64,000 nt of DNA from Oikopleura dioica (taxonomy: Eukaryota; Animalia; Chordata), in the NCBI GenBank assembly GCA_907165135.1, contig OU015568.1:12524001-12588000 (forward strand), given 5' to 3'. Each line of letters opens with the position of its first letter. Position 1 is the stretch's first letter. The position numbers and the translations under genes are program-made. Below, piece by piece: positions 41,901-53,300 of this stretch. A model generated the notes under the pieces. The model was not told the DNA's origin. It did no database searches and saw only the letters and a program-made list of their open reading frames with translations.

Positions 41901-42044
41901 GCTAGAATCTGTGTGAAGTGCTGAGTACCCTTTAGAAGCTACAAAGCGACTTGCAAATGATTCGGAAAATTGACTTGTTTTCCCAAATGAATATAATTCT
42001 TTGATTGAGAGCGAAATTCAAGAAGCGACTTGTTTTCTTATCAA

Positions 42045-42120
42045 TACTGTATTTTCTACTGCAACTGTTTTATTCCGGCATGCATAATTTACTCGAAAAA
42101 AGCAGTAATATTCTACAGTA
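42045..42120. repeat. Short imperfect hairpin TACTGTA...TACAGTA (possible tiny TA-flanked MITE)
   Basis: TACTGTATTTTCTACTGC pairs imperfectly with GCAGTAATATTCTACAGTA. Confidence 0.3.
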
Positions 42121-42231
42121 AAAGGCTGTAAAATCTGTAATGAAGCCTTTTAGCGAATCACACGATGATCTGAACTTGTCAAACTCGCCAATATCGCTCG
42201 TAGTCTGTTTTGGGGTCCATTAATAAATTAA

Positions 42232-42911
42232 GGAGGTAGTCCTCGCTTTTAAGAAAACCGGAATTTTCAATTTTTCTTTGCAGATTCTGAAAGCTCGTAT
42301 AAAGATCTACAAACTTTGTTCTAATAGTTTTTTCTAAATGTAAGAGAAAAGCCCCGAAAATCGCGTTTGAAAAGTGAGATTTTGATGAAAAAATTTCAAA
42401 AACTCGAATTTTTTTGCTTATTTTATGCAAAGTTTTGGCTTTATCTCCATTTTTATGACTTCTAGATTATTAAAATTAAAAAATATAATGTCTATTATAA
42501 AGATAACTAAAGATTTATCTTCTTTAAAAAACTCATTTTTCATGATTTTGAGACCCCAGATTTGATCGATGGTTTTACATATTAATTTTTTGATTTTTTT
42601 TATTTCGCTGAATTCAAACTTAGAAGAAGGTATGAACTTCCGAAAAATATAATTGGTATAAATTTTTGAAACCGCCCCTTGATTTTAGGCGCGTTTGAAA
42701 ATAGGCCAAAATGGCGATTTCTCAAGCATAGTGTTCGATTATTGCCCTCTTACTCCTTAAGGGGGCGCCGAAAATTATTTCCAGAAAATTCAAACTTAGA
42801 TCAGGGTTTGACCTTTCTATCTATATAGTTTTTAACCTCTAACTCAAGCTCATATTCGGCAGAGCGTTGTTCAAAAAGGACCGAAATCGCAAAAAAGCAA
42901 GGACTACCTCC
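42232..42911. mobile_element. Non-autonomous TTAA DNA transposon, 680 bp (Kolobok/T2-like termini)
   Basis: TTAA at 42228-42231 and 42912-42915. TIR GGAGGTAGTCCT(C/T)GCTTTT (19 bp, 1 mismatch). Internal direct repeat AATTCAAACTTAGA. Confidence 0.85.
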
Positions 42912-44328
42912 TTAATACGTCGTTATTTTCTAAATAAATATGTAATGAGCAGCCCCAAACTGAACATTTTACTTGAAAACCTCGCAATGTGAAAGTGGGG
43001 TCATCGTGAACCGTTCAATTTCTGAGTTTTCTGCTTTCATTAAAAAGAAAATGACTTGATTAGTCGTGTAATTAACATCCTGGTTATCAAGGGCTCCTCT
43101 CAAAATATCAAGCAACTTCCTCAAATTTTAATTGATCCCCTCCAAAGTGGCGGAAAATTACATCTTTTCCCAAAAATACCTAAATTTGCCGTTCGCCGAG
43201 TTCATTTTCAATTCTCTGAGGAAGCCAAAAATTCCACGATTTTTTCGGTTTTAATTTTGATGGATTAAAAGATCTTGGACTCACCAGTCTTTGGCTTTTG
43301 TCATGATACAGCCCATTGTTCTGAAGAGCAGCGCGTGTTAGTTTTTCAGAGAATGGATTGCTTGAAGCTTCACATCCCCTTAGGAAGACGCTCGAATTCA
43401 TAATTGGACACATATTGTGCTTGCCAGAGGACAGTAGCAAAACATGACTAGTCCCTTGCTCTCTCTCTTTGTTTATGCTTGATCAGAACAAAGTGGCTTA
43501 ATTTAACTGGGCTTGCAATCCCATAAGAATTCTCAGAGTTTTGACCATCTGTTCGGCTCTTTTCAAAAATAACGAGCGTTTTTCAATTCCCCGAAGCAAG
43601 TTTCTTGAATAATTTTCATCCTTTATTTTACCTTTTAGTTCTGACTTTCATCGGTGCTCTCATTGTCATGGGTTGTAATAAAAAGCAACTGTGTTCTTTA
43701 TTTTCTAATTTTGGTGTCCAAACGACTTTTATACTGAGCATGGGTCGGGCTCACGGACCAACGCTCTTGCCAGCCGAAAAAATCGATGCGCTCTTGGCCT
43801 CTCTGTCTCGTGTCAATCGTAATAATCGTGTTGGGTTCTCGTCGACGGGCTCCTAATAAGCCGGCTTTGGAAGCCCCCTGCTACTGTATATAAAACAAGG
43901 ACGATTAAATGAAATACAGATAGATGCCACGATTTTGGTTAACTTTTGGATAATTATCGTTTGAATAATCCACGCTAGAGACTATTAAGTCAAGCCGCAT
44001 TTCTGGAAGTGCCAAGAAATAACTTGAAATTGTCCAAATTCGAAATTGCAACCGCAGTTGTACAATCTTAAAACCCACCCAATAACCTGTGACATGTCCT
44101 GTGAGACTATTGCGTTATCCTGCTCTGACTTTGAACTTGCGGATATTACCATATTGCGGTCGATTAAATTAGTACTCAGCGCCAGTTTTTCAAGATTTTT
44201 TAGCGACCGCTAATTTTGCACCACGCGGAATGATAAGTTATTGGAACTTCTAAAGTAGACAGTTGTTTTTGTATAAAAATAGATATTTTATTATATAGAA
44301 ATAAAAAAGAGAGGCAAAATAACAGTTT

Positions 44329-47300
44329 TTACATTTTGAACTTTTTCGCAACTGAAGACTCGTCGAGCGAGTCGCTTATGGGCACAATGTTTAAATATTC
44401 TTCTTGTCGAGTCCCAGACTTTGAAATCGCGACCAGGGGGAAACCGTCTGTTCTATTCGGAGATATGGAGGTCACATAACAGCAGGTTTTCTGAAATGAT
44501 TATTTGGTGAAACTATCGTTAGAAATTCATTGTACCTTTAGTTTTTGCTCAGCGAATTGCAAAAACGCTTCTAAAATCGACTTTTCTTCTTCATCCTCTG
44601 AATTCAAATTGATCTTTGATGCTTGTTCTTTCAAAACATCAACAATTTTTTCAAATAATCTTCCATCGGTCGCACTTCTCGCTGCTTCCAACATAAAAAT
44701 GGCGACTTTAGAGTCAATCGATCTTGGAAGGTTTGACAAGATTTCGTTCAGCGTCCATTTCTGATGGCTACTCAGCGAAAATAACCGCTTTTGCTTTGCT
44801 TTCCGAAGAGGATAATCTTTGAGCAAAGTTGTTTCGCTGGTAAGCCAGCGATTGAGCTCAGGGTGATTGACGTTTTCTTCTCGAAGCGCAATAATCATCC
44901 CCTTTGAATTTTTGAATTCGAGGGTATCTTCTAGCGCCAATCTGCAAAAGTCTTCAGAATCATTTTTTCTCGAAAAGTTTCTGGTTCCGCTTGCGATCAA
45001 ATCTGCGACGATGTTTTTCGGAGCGATAGATCTGTCTTCTCTGCTGCAGATGAAAACGCGAGGCGGAGTGAAATTCGTATGTGGGAAGCCGTCGCCTGGA
45101 ATTCCAAGAGCGATTGATCGGAGAAGCTTTTTCATTCGTCGAGAATGTCCGTCCATGTGACAGACCTTTTTGATGAGCTCAATCGGGTCGGAAGCGATGT
45201 CAGATGGCACGAAAGGGCTGAATTGTGGATCGGCCAGCGCTTCTTCTAGTTCTAGTGAATCTTGTTCGTTTTCGAGTTTCTTTTCGAAGCTCTTTGATTT
45301 GAGAATTTGCAGGAGTTCTTCTCTCTTTGAAACCTGCAGCGGCAAGTTCTCAACAATCAGGTAGCTTTCATAATCATCAACGACTTCGGTGGACATGTAG
45401 AATCTCAGAGCGGGGAAAAGATGAGCATAAAACAGCATCTTTCTCGACGAATCGACGCCATCTACCTCAATCGTCGCCAGTCGCGGCATCTTATCCAGAA
45501 TTTCTGTGAAAATCTTCACTCTCGAAGGAACGAGCGGATCAGCAACTTTCTCTAGCAGTATCATCGCATCCCATGCAGCGTTAATGACACAAGAAACGGA
45601 GTCTCTTTGATTCTTCCAAATTTGTGAGAGAGAGTTGTTCTCCGATTCAGCTTGAGTCCACTGAGTGTTGTTACGATGGCGGATGGAAACCTTCTTTCGA
45701 AGCGTACTTAAATATTTTTAATCGTCTTTTTCTCAGTAAAAGTTTACCTAAGATCGCATATGTCCGTTTTCTTGGCCTTGATGTCATCGAAAATCTTCTT
45801 TTCAAGCAACTCTACTTCCGTAGTGATCATTTCATCATTCGCTTCCGACATTCGTGAGTCTACCGAGTACTTTGGGAACTGTCTTCTCACAAATATCTCG
45901 GTCCACTCTTCCTTGATTTCTTCCTCGGCTTGAACGAGGGAAAGAACAAGCTCGTCGGTCAATTTGGTCGGCGACTCGCTCCAACTTCTGATGAAGAAGT
46001 CGATTTTTCTTTCGCCAAGGTATTTTTGAATGATTTTCGCGTTCTGAGTCGGCCACGATTTCGAATTGTCAATTTTCAACCAACGAACAGTTTCATCAGA
46101 AGAAAATTCATCCGGCGTGATTTTGAATCTTTCGCAGATATCGCCCAAGATGTTAATTTGGTTTTCTCGCTCTTCTTTGTCCCATCTTGAGATTATGAAG
46201 ACATAGAGGACGCTGATGATGGTTTGAATCAGAGTTCGAAATTTTTGCGGCTCCCGGGCAAGGGGGCGGCGGGCGGGCGGGCACGGGCAGAATATTTAAG
46301 ATTCCCGGGGGCAAAAACGGTCACGGGCACAAAAACGAATTTTCCCGCGAGCCAAGCGGGCACGGGCACTATAACAAATTTTCCCGCGGGCAGATACGGG
46401 CACGGGCATGAATGAGAAGATTCCCGCGGGCATAAACGGGCACGGGCGGTTTGCCCGCGTTCCCGCACGAAATATTCCCGAGGGCAGCCCGGGGAACATT
46501 TTTTCTACTGCTAAATCTCAAGCCTATTTTTCAAAATAAGAAAATAAAATAAAAACGACCCTGAATCAATTCGGATTTTTAAATCGCAAGTTTTAGGAGC
46601 TAGTTAGAAACTACGACCGAATGGTCTCCGTTTCCCCAACTTTCGGAAACGGCGACTTGGGCAAACGGCGATGTGAATTAGTTTAAATTGATTGATCATA
46701 TAACTTTTATTGTCTTCTTCACAGTCAATCCCGGCTTCACTTATTTCAATCCCGGCTTCAAAAACTTCGATCCTAGCTTTTCAGACGTCAATCTTGGTGG
46801 CTCAAACTTGAATCCTGGCATCTCCAGCGTCAATCCTGGCTTCTTCAATGCTGATCCGACCGTCACTTACTTCAATCCAAGCTTCTCAAACGTCACTCCC
46901 GGCTTCTCAGTTGTCAATCATCGCTTCTCGAATGTCGATCATGGCTTCTTCAAGATAAAATTGGCGTTGACAAAGCCGAGATGGAGATGGATGAAGCCGG
47001 GATCGACGTTGGAGAAGTCGGGATCGACGATAGAGAAATCGGGATTGACGTCGAAGAACCCGGGATGGACATTGGAGAAGCCATATTTGAAGTCGGTGAA
47101 GCGAGAATTGAAAATTCTAGAGAACTCCACTTCCGGTCGATTCTAGAGCCGGAAGTTGACGAAATTTAGTTAAAATGGTAGAGTGTGACCTATCAAATTG
47201 ATGCTCAGAAGATTTCGAGTCATCCTAAAATCAATATTTCAGAAGAAACAGTCCCAAACCTGGTCAAACCGACCGTTAAAATTATGTAAAAAAGGCATAA

Positions 47301-50300
47301 AGTGATGAATTTTTTCTTCACTTTTTTCCGGTTTATTTTACCGCGGTTGGCCTTGATTCTTCGTCTAAAATGATAGGAAATCGTCTGAGCATCAATTTGG
47401 CTACACGACGTTTTGACTAAACCGACGTTCTCGCTAACCGACGTTTTCGCTAAACCGACGTTCTCACCAAAAGTCAAAACGTCGGTTTAGTCAAAACGTC
47501 GGGTTAGTCAAAACGTCGGTTTTCCTTAAAAATGCGGGGGCAATCAGAGCGAATGAGAATAGGCTCTTCCTGGATTAAAAATTCTGTCTAAAGCCCGCCG
47601 TCTTACTCAAACCGAAATTGTTAACTTGGAAAAACAAAATATATATTTTTTAATTTATTATTTTAAAATTATTATTTGAATAACAAAATCAATAATTTTA
47701 AAAAAATATTAAGTCTGCATAATTTACTGATCTTTTTACATTTTATCGGTCTTGAGATCATTTTTAAAAGATTTATTTTTATTATATTAGTTAATTTAAT
47801 GAAGATATTCATTATTCTTAAACTTTTACTCTTCACAAAGATCTTTCGAAAGATAATGAAAACGTCGGTTTGACGAAAACGTCGGTTTCCAAACTGAGTT
47901 TTAACCAAATTCAAGGCGCCCACGCATTTTTAAGGAAAACCGACGTTTTGACTAACCCGACGTTTTGACTAAACCGACGTTTTGACTTTTGGTGAGAACG
48001 TCGGTTTAGCGAAAACGTCGGTTAGCGAGAACGTCGGTTTAGTCAAAACGTCGTGTAGCCCATCAATTTGATAGGTCACACTTCACCATAACACCTAAAT
48101 TACGTCAACTTCCGGCTCTAGAACCGACCGGAAGTGGAGTTTTCTAGAATTTTGAACCGTTAAAGTTCTTAAAATTTTCTGTTGATTTGTAAAGGTATAA
48201 TGTTCGGGGGTCTATAAGGCGGAAATGGGCTGGAAAACTTCGTTAACCTTAAAAAAAGCACGTCATAACAGTTCTGTATGCAGATTAGTTTTCAATATAC
48301 TCCCTCAAGTATTTGGTGTCTATTTCCACGCTATTTAAATAGTTTAAACACTTTTCATAAGGTCTGCCCGTGCCCGTTTAAGCTCGCGGGAATCTTGCCC
48401 GTGCCCGAATTTGCCCGCGGGAATATTTTTTATTGTGCCCGTGCCCGCTTGGCCCGCGGGAAAATTCGTTTTTTTGCCCGTGACCGCTTTTGCCCTCGGG
48501 AATCTTCACTTTCTTGCCCGTGCCCGTATCTTCCCCCGGGCAAACGCGGGATTTCGAACTCTGGTTTGAATGTTCAATTTTTCAGTGGCGTCTTGCAGCT
48601 CTCTTTGCCTAGCTTTCCATTTGTCATAGAAGGGTCCGAGTTCATTCAAGAACTGTTTGATGTGTTTCAGTTCTGAATCTTCTTTTCTCATTTTCGCCTT
48701 CAATTCGAACATCTTTTTGCTCACTTCGCTACATTCTTCTTCAAGAGCTTCAAAGACCTTGTTCAGCCGGTCAAGATTGACTCTCGACTCGCCAAGCTGC
48801 TTTTGAACATCGTTTAGTTCATTTTCTGCCTTTCTCAGCCGCTTGAGCGTTGGAAGCATTTCGTTGTAAGTTGTGGAGAAGCCGACGATTGCTTGAAGCC
48901 AGTGAAGCAGCCCCAAAGCGGGTTTAGACGCATTGGCGACTTCTTTTCGTCGACGCGTTCGAGCCGATGTCGGAGTTTTTGAAACGCTTGTTTTGTTACT
49001 TTTTCTTTTTCGAAAAATTCCAGCTCGAGGAAAAAGTTGTCTTTGTGGAGCAAAGTCGTTCCGCATTCAAAAGTCGGCTCTTCGTTGAACAACAAGCAGA
49101 TGGACTCGACGACGAGAACAACCGATGCTGGAGGCTTTCGATAAGTTCGGATTTCTTCAAAATCGCGAATGTCCAAGTTTTTCAGAACATTTTGCGCCTT
49201 TTGGAACAGCGGATGGACTCGGCTGGAAATATCCGTCTCTTCTCGTAAAACGTTGACGATTTGCTGGAGATGGGAAAATCGCTGCTCGATTTCGAGGTTT
49301 TTGTTGAAGTTAGTTCTGTATTCTTCAAGCGCATCATCAGATGCTTTTCTCAGTTCTTCGAGGTTTTTAACCATTGCGTCGAGTCGTTCTTTATCATCAT
49401 TGTATTCTAGAGTTCTTCGGCTAAATGCATCGTGCGCCTCCTGAATTGAGTTATTCACGGCTTTAGTTTCCTCTAATTCCGCTGAAATCTGCTGTGACTT
49501 GATTTTCACGAGCTCATCGTATTCTTTCAAGATCTTGGAGCCGTACTCGGGCGAGAAATGAACTGGTAGTTTTGTCATGTACGCCGCGAAGATGGTGCAA
49601 ACTTGGTTTATTTTTCCAGGACTTTTGATCAAGTGATGCGCTGTGGTCATCCAGTCGGATTCTTCCCAACGATCCACGTTGATTCGGAATGATGAGGGCA
49701 AGTGCTTGTTGATTTCTGGAAGATGAGATGGATCAATTGCGAGAACAAAGACCATCTGTGTTAGCCATCGTTGTTGGATCTTTTCGATGGCGGTGTCGCG
49801 CACTTTGCTCATGTTTTTATAATAACCAGTTGGATCGAGTGCTCGGAAAACATCTTCAAAGTCGATGATTGAGAAAATATCCTTTGTCGTGACCAGCGTC
49901 ATCACTTTCTTCCAAGACTCTTGAGAAAGCTTCGATGAGTTAGCATAAATCAGCAGAGGCTCATCCAGTCGAAGAGCAGCCATAATTTGATCGTGGAAAG
50001 CATCTTTAGTAATTTCAAAATATCGAAGTTTCTGCAGCTTCGCCATGGTTTTCGCCGCCGTTTTTCGACCAACATAATTGTGCTGCGAGCATAGAATCAA
50101 AAAGTTAGAAATTTTTGACCCCATGAACATCCATTCCGTCAGATGAAGCTGGTGAAGAGTGGGAATGTAGTGGGCCGGGTGGATTTCCTCAAAAGTAGGG
50201 TGGCCTTCGAGAACTTCTGAGTTGGTCAAAAGTAGATGTTGAGCGTTGATTTCTTTTCAGCATTCAACTTGATTTGCCAGATGATACTTCGCGCATGTTT

Positions 50301-53300
50301 TGAAAAGGATGAGATTCTGTTGCCTTTGAACTCCTTCGTTTCGATTGTTTCAAGAATGGTCTTCAATCGCTGAAGATACTGCCCACCATAATGAAGTGCA
50401 GGATTTCCCGACTTTGAAAACATTCTCGTCAGATCGATCATACTGTCGATCAGAATCGCTTTGAACCATTCGTCCCACTTCGCTTTTGTAAAAGTTCCAC
50501 CTTCTTGGCTTTCGCGGTAGTAATATCCCATTAATTCGCCAAGACAAACGGCTGCCATTCGCTGCCAATTGAGCATCGTTGTTTCAAGATATCGTCGCTG
50601 CAAAAGGGTCGAAATCCAAGAAATAATCAGCTCGGTGATTTCTTCAATGGGAATCTCGTGCGTCCGTCGCTTGTTCAAATTCTTCGCCAGCCAGAGAATT
50701 CTTCCGTAGAGAAACTGGAAGGAAATGTCTTTTATATCTGGCGAGAAGTCAACTTGATACTGTAAGAATGTTCTGCCATCTTCGAATGCAGTTTGATCAG
50801 GCCCAGCAACACTGATGATCGGCTTAGTAAAAGATCTGATGAAGCGGTGAGAGTTCGCTTTGGAAAGCTGATCTGGAATAAGTTGACACGGCGAATAAAG
50901 CTTGAATCTTCGGTGAAAGCTTTCAGCAGCTCCAGGAACGACCCTGGTTTGGAGGGGCTTTGGGTGATCGATGTCGTAATAGGATATCAAGTGGCTCTTT
51001 CCACAGCCTGCAGGACCGGTGAACTGAAGATTTGACTTGATCTTCGTTTGATCTGTTGGAACCAAAACGCCGAGAAGCCATTTTCCTTGAAGAAGTTCTA
51101 CCGAAAGAACATATCCTGGCACATTTTGTTCGATTCTGCTTCTTGCGTCAAACTCTTCAAAGTCGCCATCAGCATTTATAAAGACTCGGCTAAGATCATC
51201 ATCTGCTTCTTCTTCGATGACTTCGTGGAACTCTTCAGAAAACGTTGTTCTATTGTTTGGACTGAGACCAAGAGCATACGACCAAAAGATGCTCAGACGA
51301 GCGATTCGATCAAGAATATCATCGTGGTTTGAATTTGTATCCTCAGGCAGAAGACCTTGTGACTTAGCCCAGAAGAGAAATAATTTCTGAACGATAACAA
51401 CTCGATCAACAGCGTTGAGAACCGACCAGTGAGCCAGATTATCACAGTTGAAGAGAGTATTTTCTTGAATTTCTTCATTTTTGTAAACGTCGGTGTTGTA
51501 TCGATCGAATTTATGCAATGTTTTCAGCGAGTTTTGCAAGAATTTGCATTTACTTGAGTATGGAATTTTGATTGTAGAATCGAGGTAGTCCAGTTTTTTA
51601 ATGTAAAAGGCCTTCCAGAAGAATTTCGGGACTGTAATTCCATCGGGAACTGGAACTAAACGCACGATGCAACATTTTGATGGTAGTCGATCAAAGTCGC
51701 AGAATTCTTGATCACGTGTGATAATCCATGTTCGGGTGGTAAAAGTGCACTCTTGGAGACACTGCTCGACGTCGTTGGTGAACTCGAGATGCACTTTCTC
51801 CGGGAGTAGATTGTTTCCAACTCTCGTTATTTTCTGCGATTTGGTTGAAGAACCGGACGATTTCGTATTTGCGCTGCCAGCTCGGTTTACGTGATCTTGT
51901 CCGCATTCAAAACAGTCTGTCAACATGAGCAAGAGGTCTTCTGTGACGCAGGTGTCTTCAATATGAACAGATTGACGTTGAGATGTTCCTAGGAGCATTT
52001 GGTGGACGAAAGATTGAAGAGCCTTTGTTTGCGAAGTATTGATCATCAAATCTTGAGCGTAAAGAGTGGCAATTTTTTCGACAAATTTGTTTGCTGTTGC
52101 TTCGAACATTCGCTCAAAAAGGGTGACTCGCATGACTGGAAACGCATCAGAGATCAGATTCATTCGGTTTTTATCCGAAATGGCGTTGAAGCACTCTTCC
52201 TTCGATGTTGTCATGAAGTAAAATGCCAGAGCCATGGCGATCTCCGTATCCTTCATTCGATTCACTTGTCGAGTATAGCCTTCTTTTCGCCTTTCAATCG
52301 AGCTTTTTGTTGATGAAGAATCAGAAGTTGGAGATGATGCCTTTTCTTGAACGTCTTCCATAAGATTTCGCAGGGCAGCCGTTTGCTCAAGAAATTCAGG
52401 GAACTTACAGTGGCTCAGCTTTAGTCGCGAAGACAGTTTTGTAACAGTCTCAAGAAGACTTTGCGACGAAAGAAGATTTTTGTGAATTAATGCTTGTTTC
52501 TGAATCCGACTCATTTTCAAGCTGCATGATGGTTGCTGATGGAGAAAGAGTTTGATGTTCTCGTTGAAATTTTGCTCGCGAATGAAGATCATCGGTCGAG
52601 ATATTTCCTTGGAAATGTTTTCAAGATAAATGTCTGCAATTTGGTTCTGCTCGTCGTTGATCAGGTCGAAATCCAGGTAAATGTAACTGTCTTCGTGTGT
52701 GAATAAGAGAGGATGGTTTTCTTTCGCAACGATGAGTTTTATTCCTCGAAGGGCTGCATAACAAGTGGCTGAATGAATGCTCGTGACTCGGATAGTATTG
52801 AGTGGATCGTTTTCATCAGCGAGTTTGGCTAGCCTACAGACTCCAGAGACATAGCATTGGACAGTATTAGATGTCGGCCAGTAATCGATTTGGCGATTGT
52901 TGACGTAGATTTCGTGGTCGTCATTGTTGATTGCAAGAGTTATTTCTGTCGGATCTTGAGAAATCGCTCCAGCCAAATTTTGAAGACGAGGAATATTGGT
53001 TTCGGACAAACCTTTCTGGAATTTCTTCACTTCTTCGTCTGTTATATCAGCTTCAGTCGAAAATTTCAGGTAGACCAAAACAAGCAACATTGACGGCAAC
53101 GATGATTTATTCCAGAAATCGACATCAAGAAGCTTTTCTGGCTCCTTTTCTAAAGCAATGATCGCATTTTGTGCATTTTTCTTGCAAAGGTTGATCACTT
53201 CTGACTCAAATTTCTTGAAAAATGCGCCAAAGAACTGGGTCTTTGAGGAAAACAGGTTGTCGAATTTTAATTTTGTTTGATCTTTGAGCAGGACGGATTC

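Larger units (their letters stand above)
46230..48563. mobile_element. Non-autonomous hAT-family element, 2334 bp, inserted in a coding exon
   Basis: Perfect 13-bp TIR CAGAGTTCGAAAT. 8-bp TSD GTTTGAAT at 46222-46229 and 48564-48571. Subterminal arrays of TTCCCGCGGGCA..ACGGGCACGGGCA at both ends. Confidence 0.92.

Noticed and set aside
46229-46499. Arg/Pro/Gly-rich ORFs at the hAT ends (also 48278-48676)
   Set aside because: Products of GC-rich subterminal repeats; no transposase motifs.
47399-47536. Repeat array superficially like CRISPR
   Set aside because: No unique spacers; the array is mirrored as a TIR with a 9-bp TSD, and the context is eukaryotic.
47672-47923. Ile/Lys/Phe-rich ORFs
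   Set aside because: AT-rich interior of the MULE-like element; compositional artefact.
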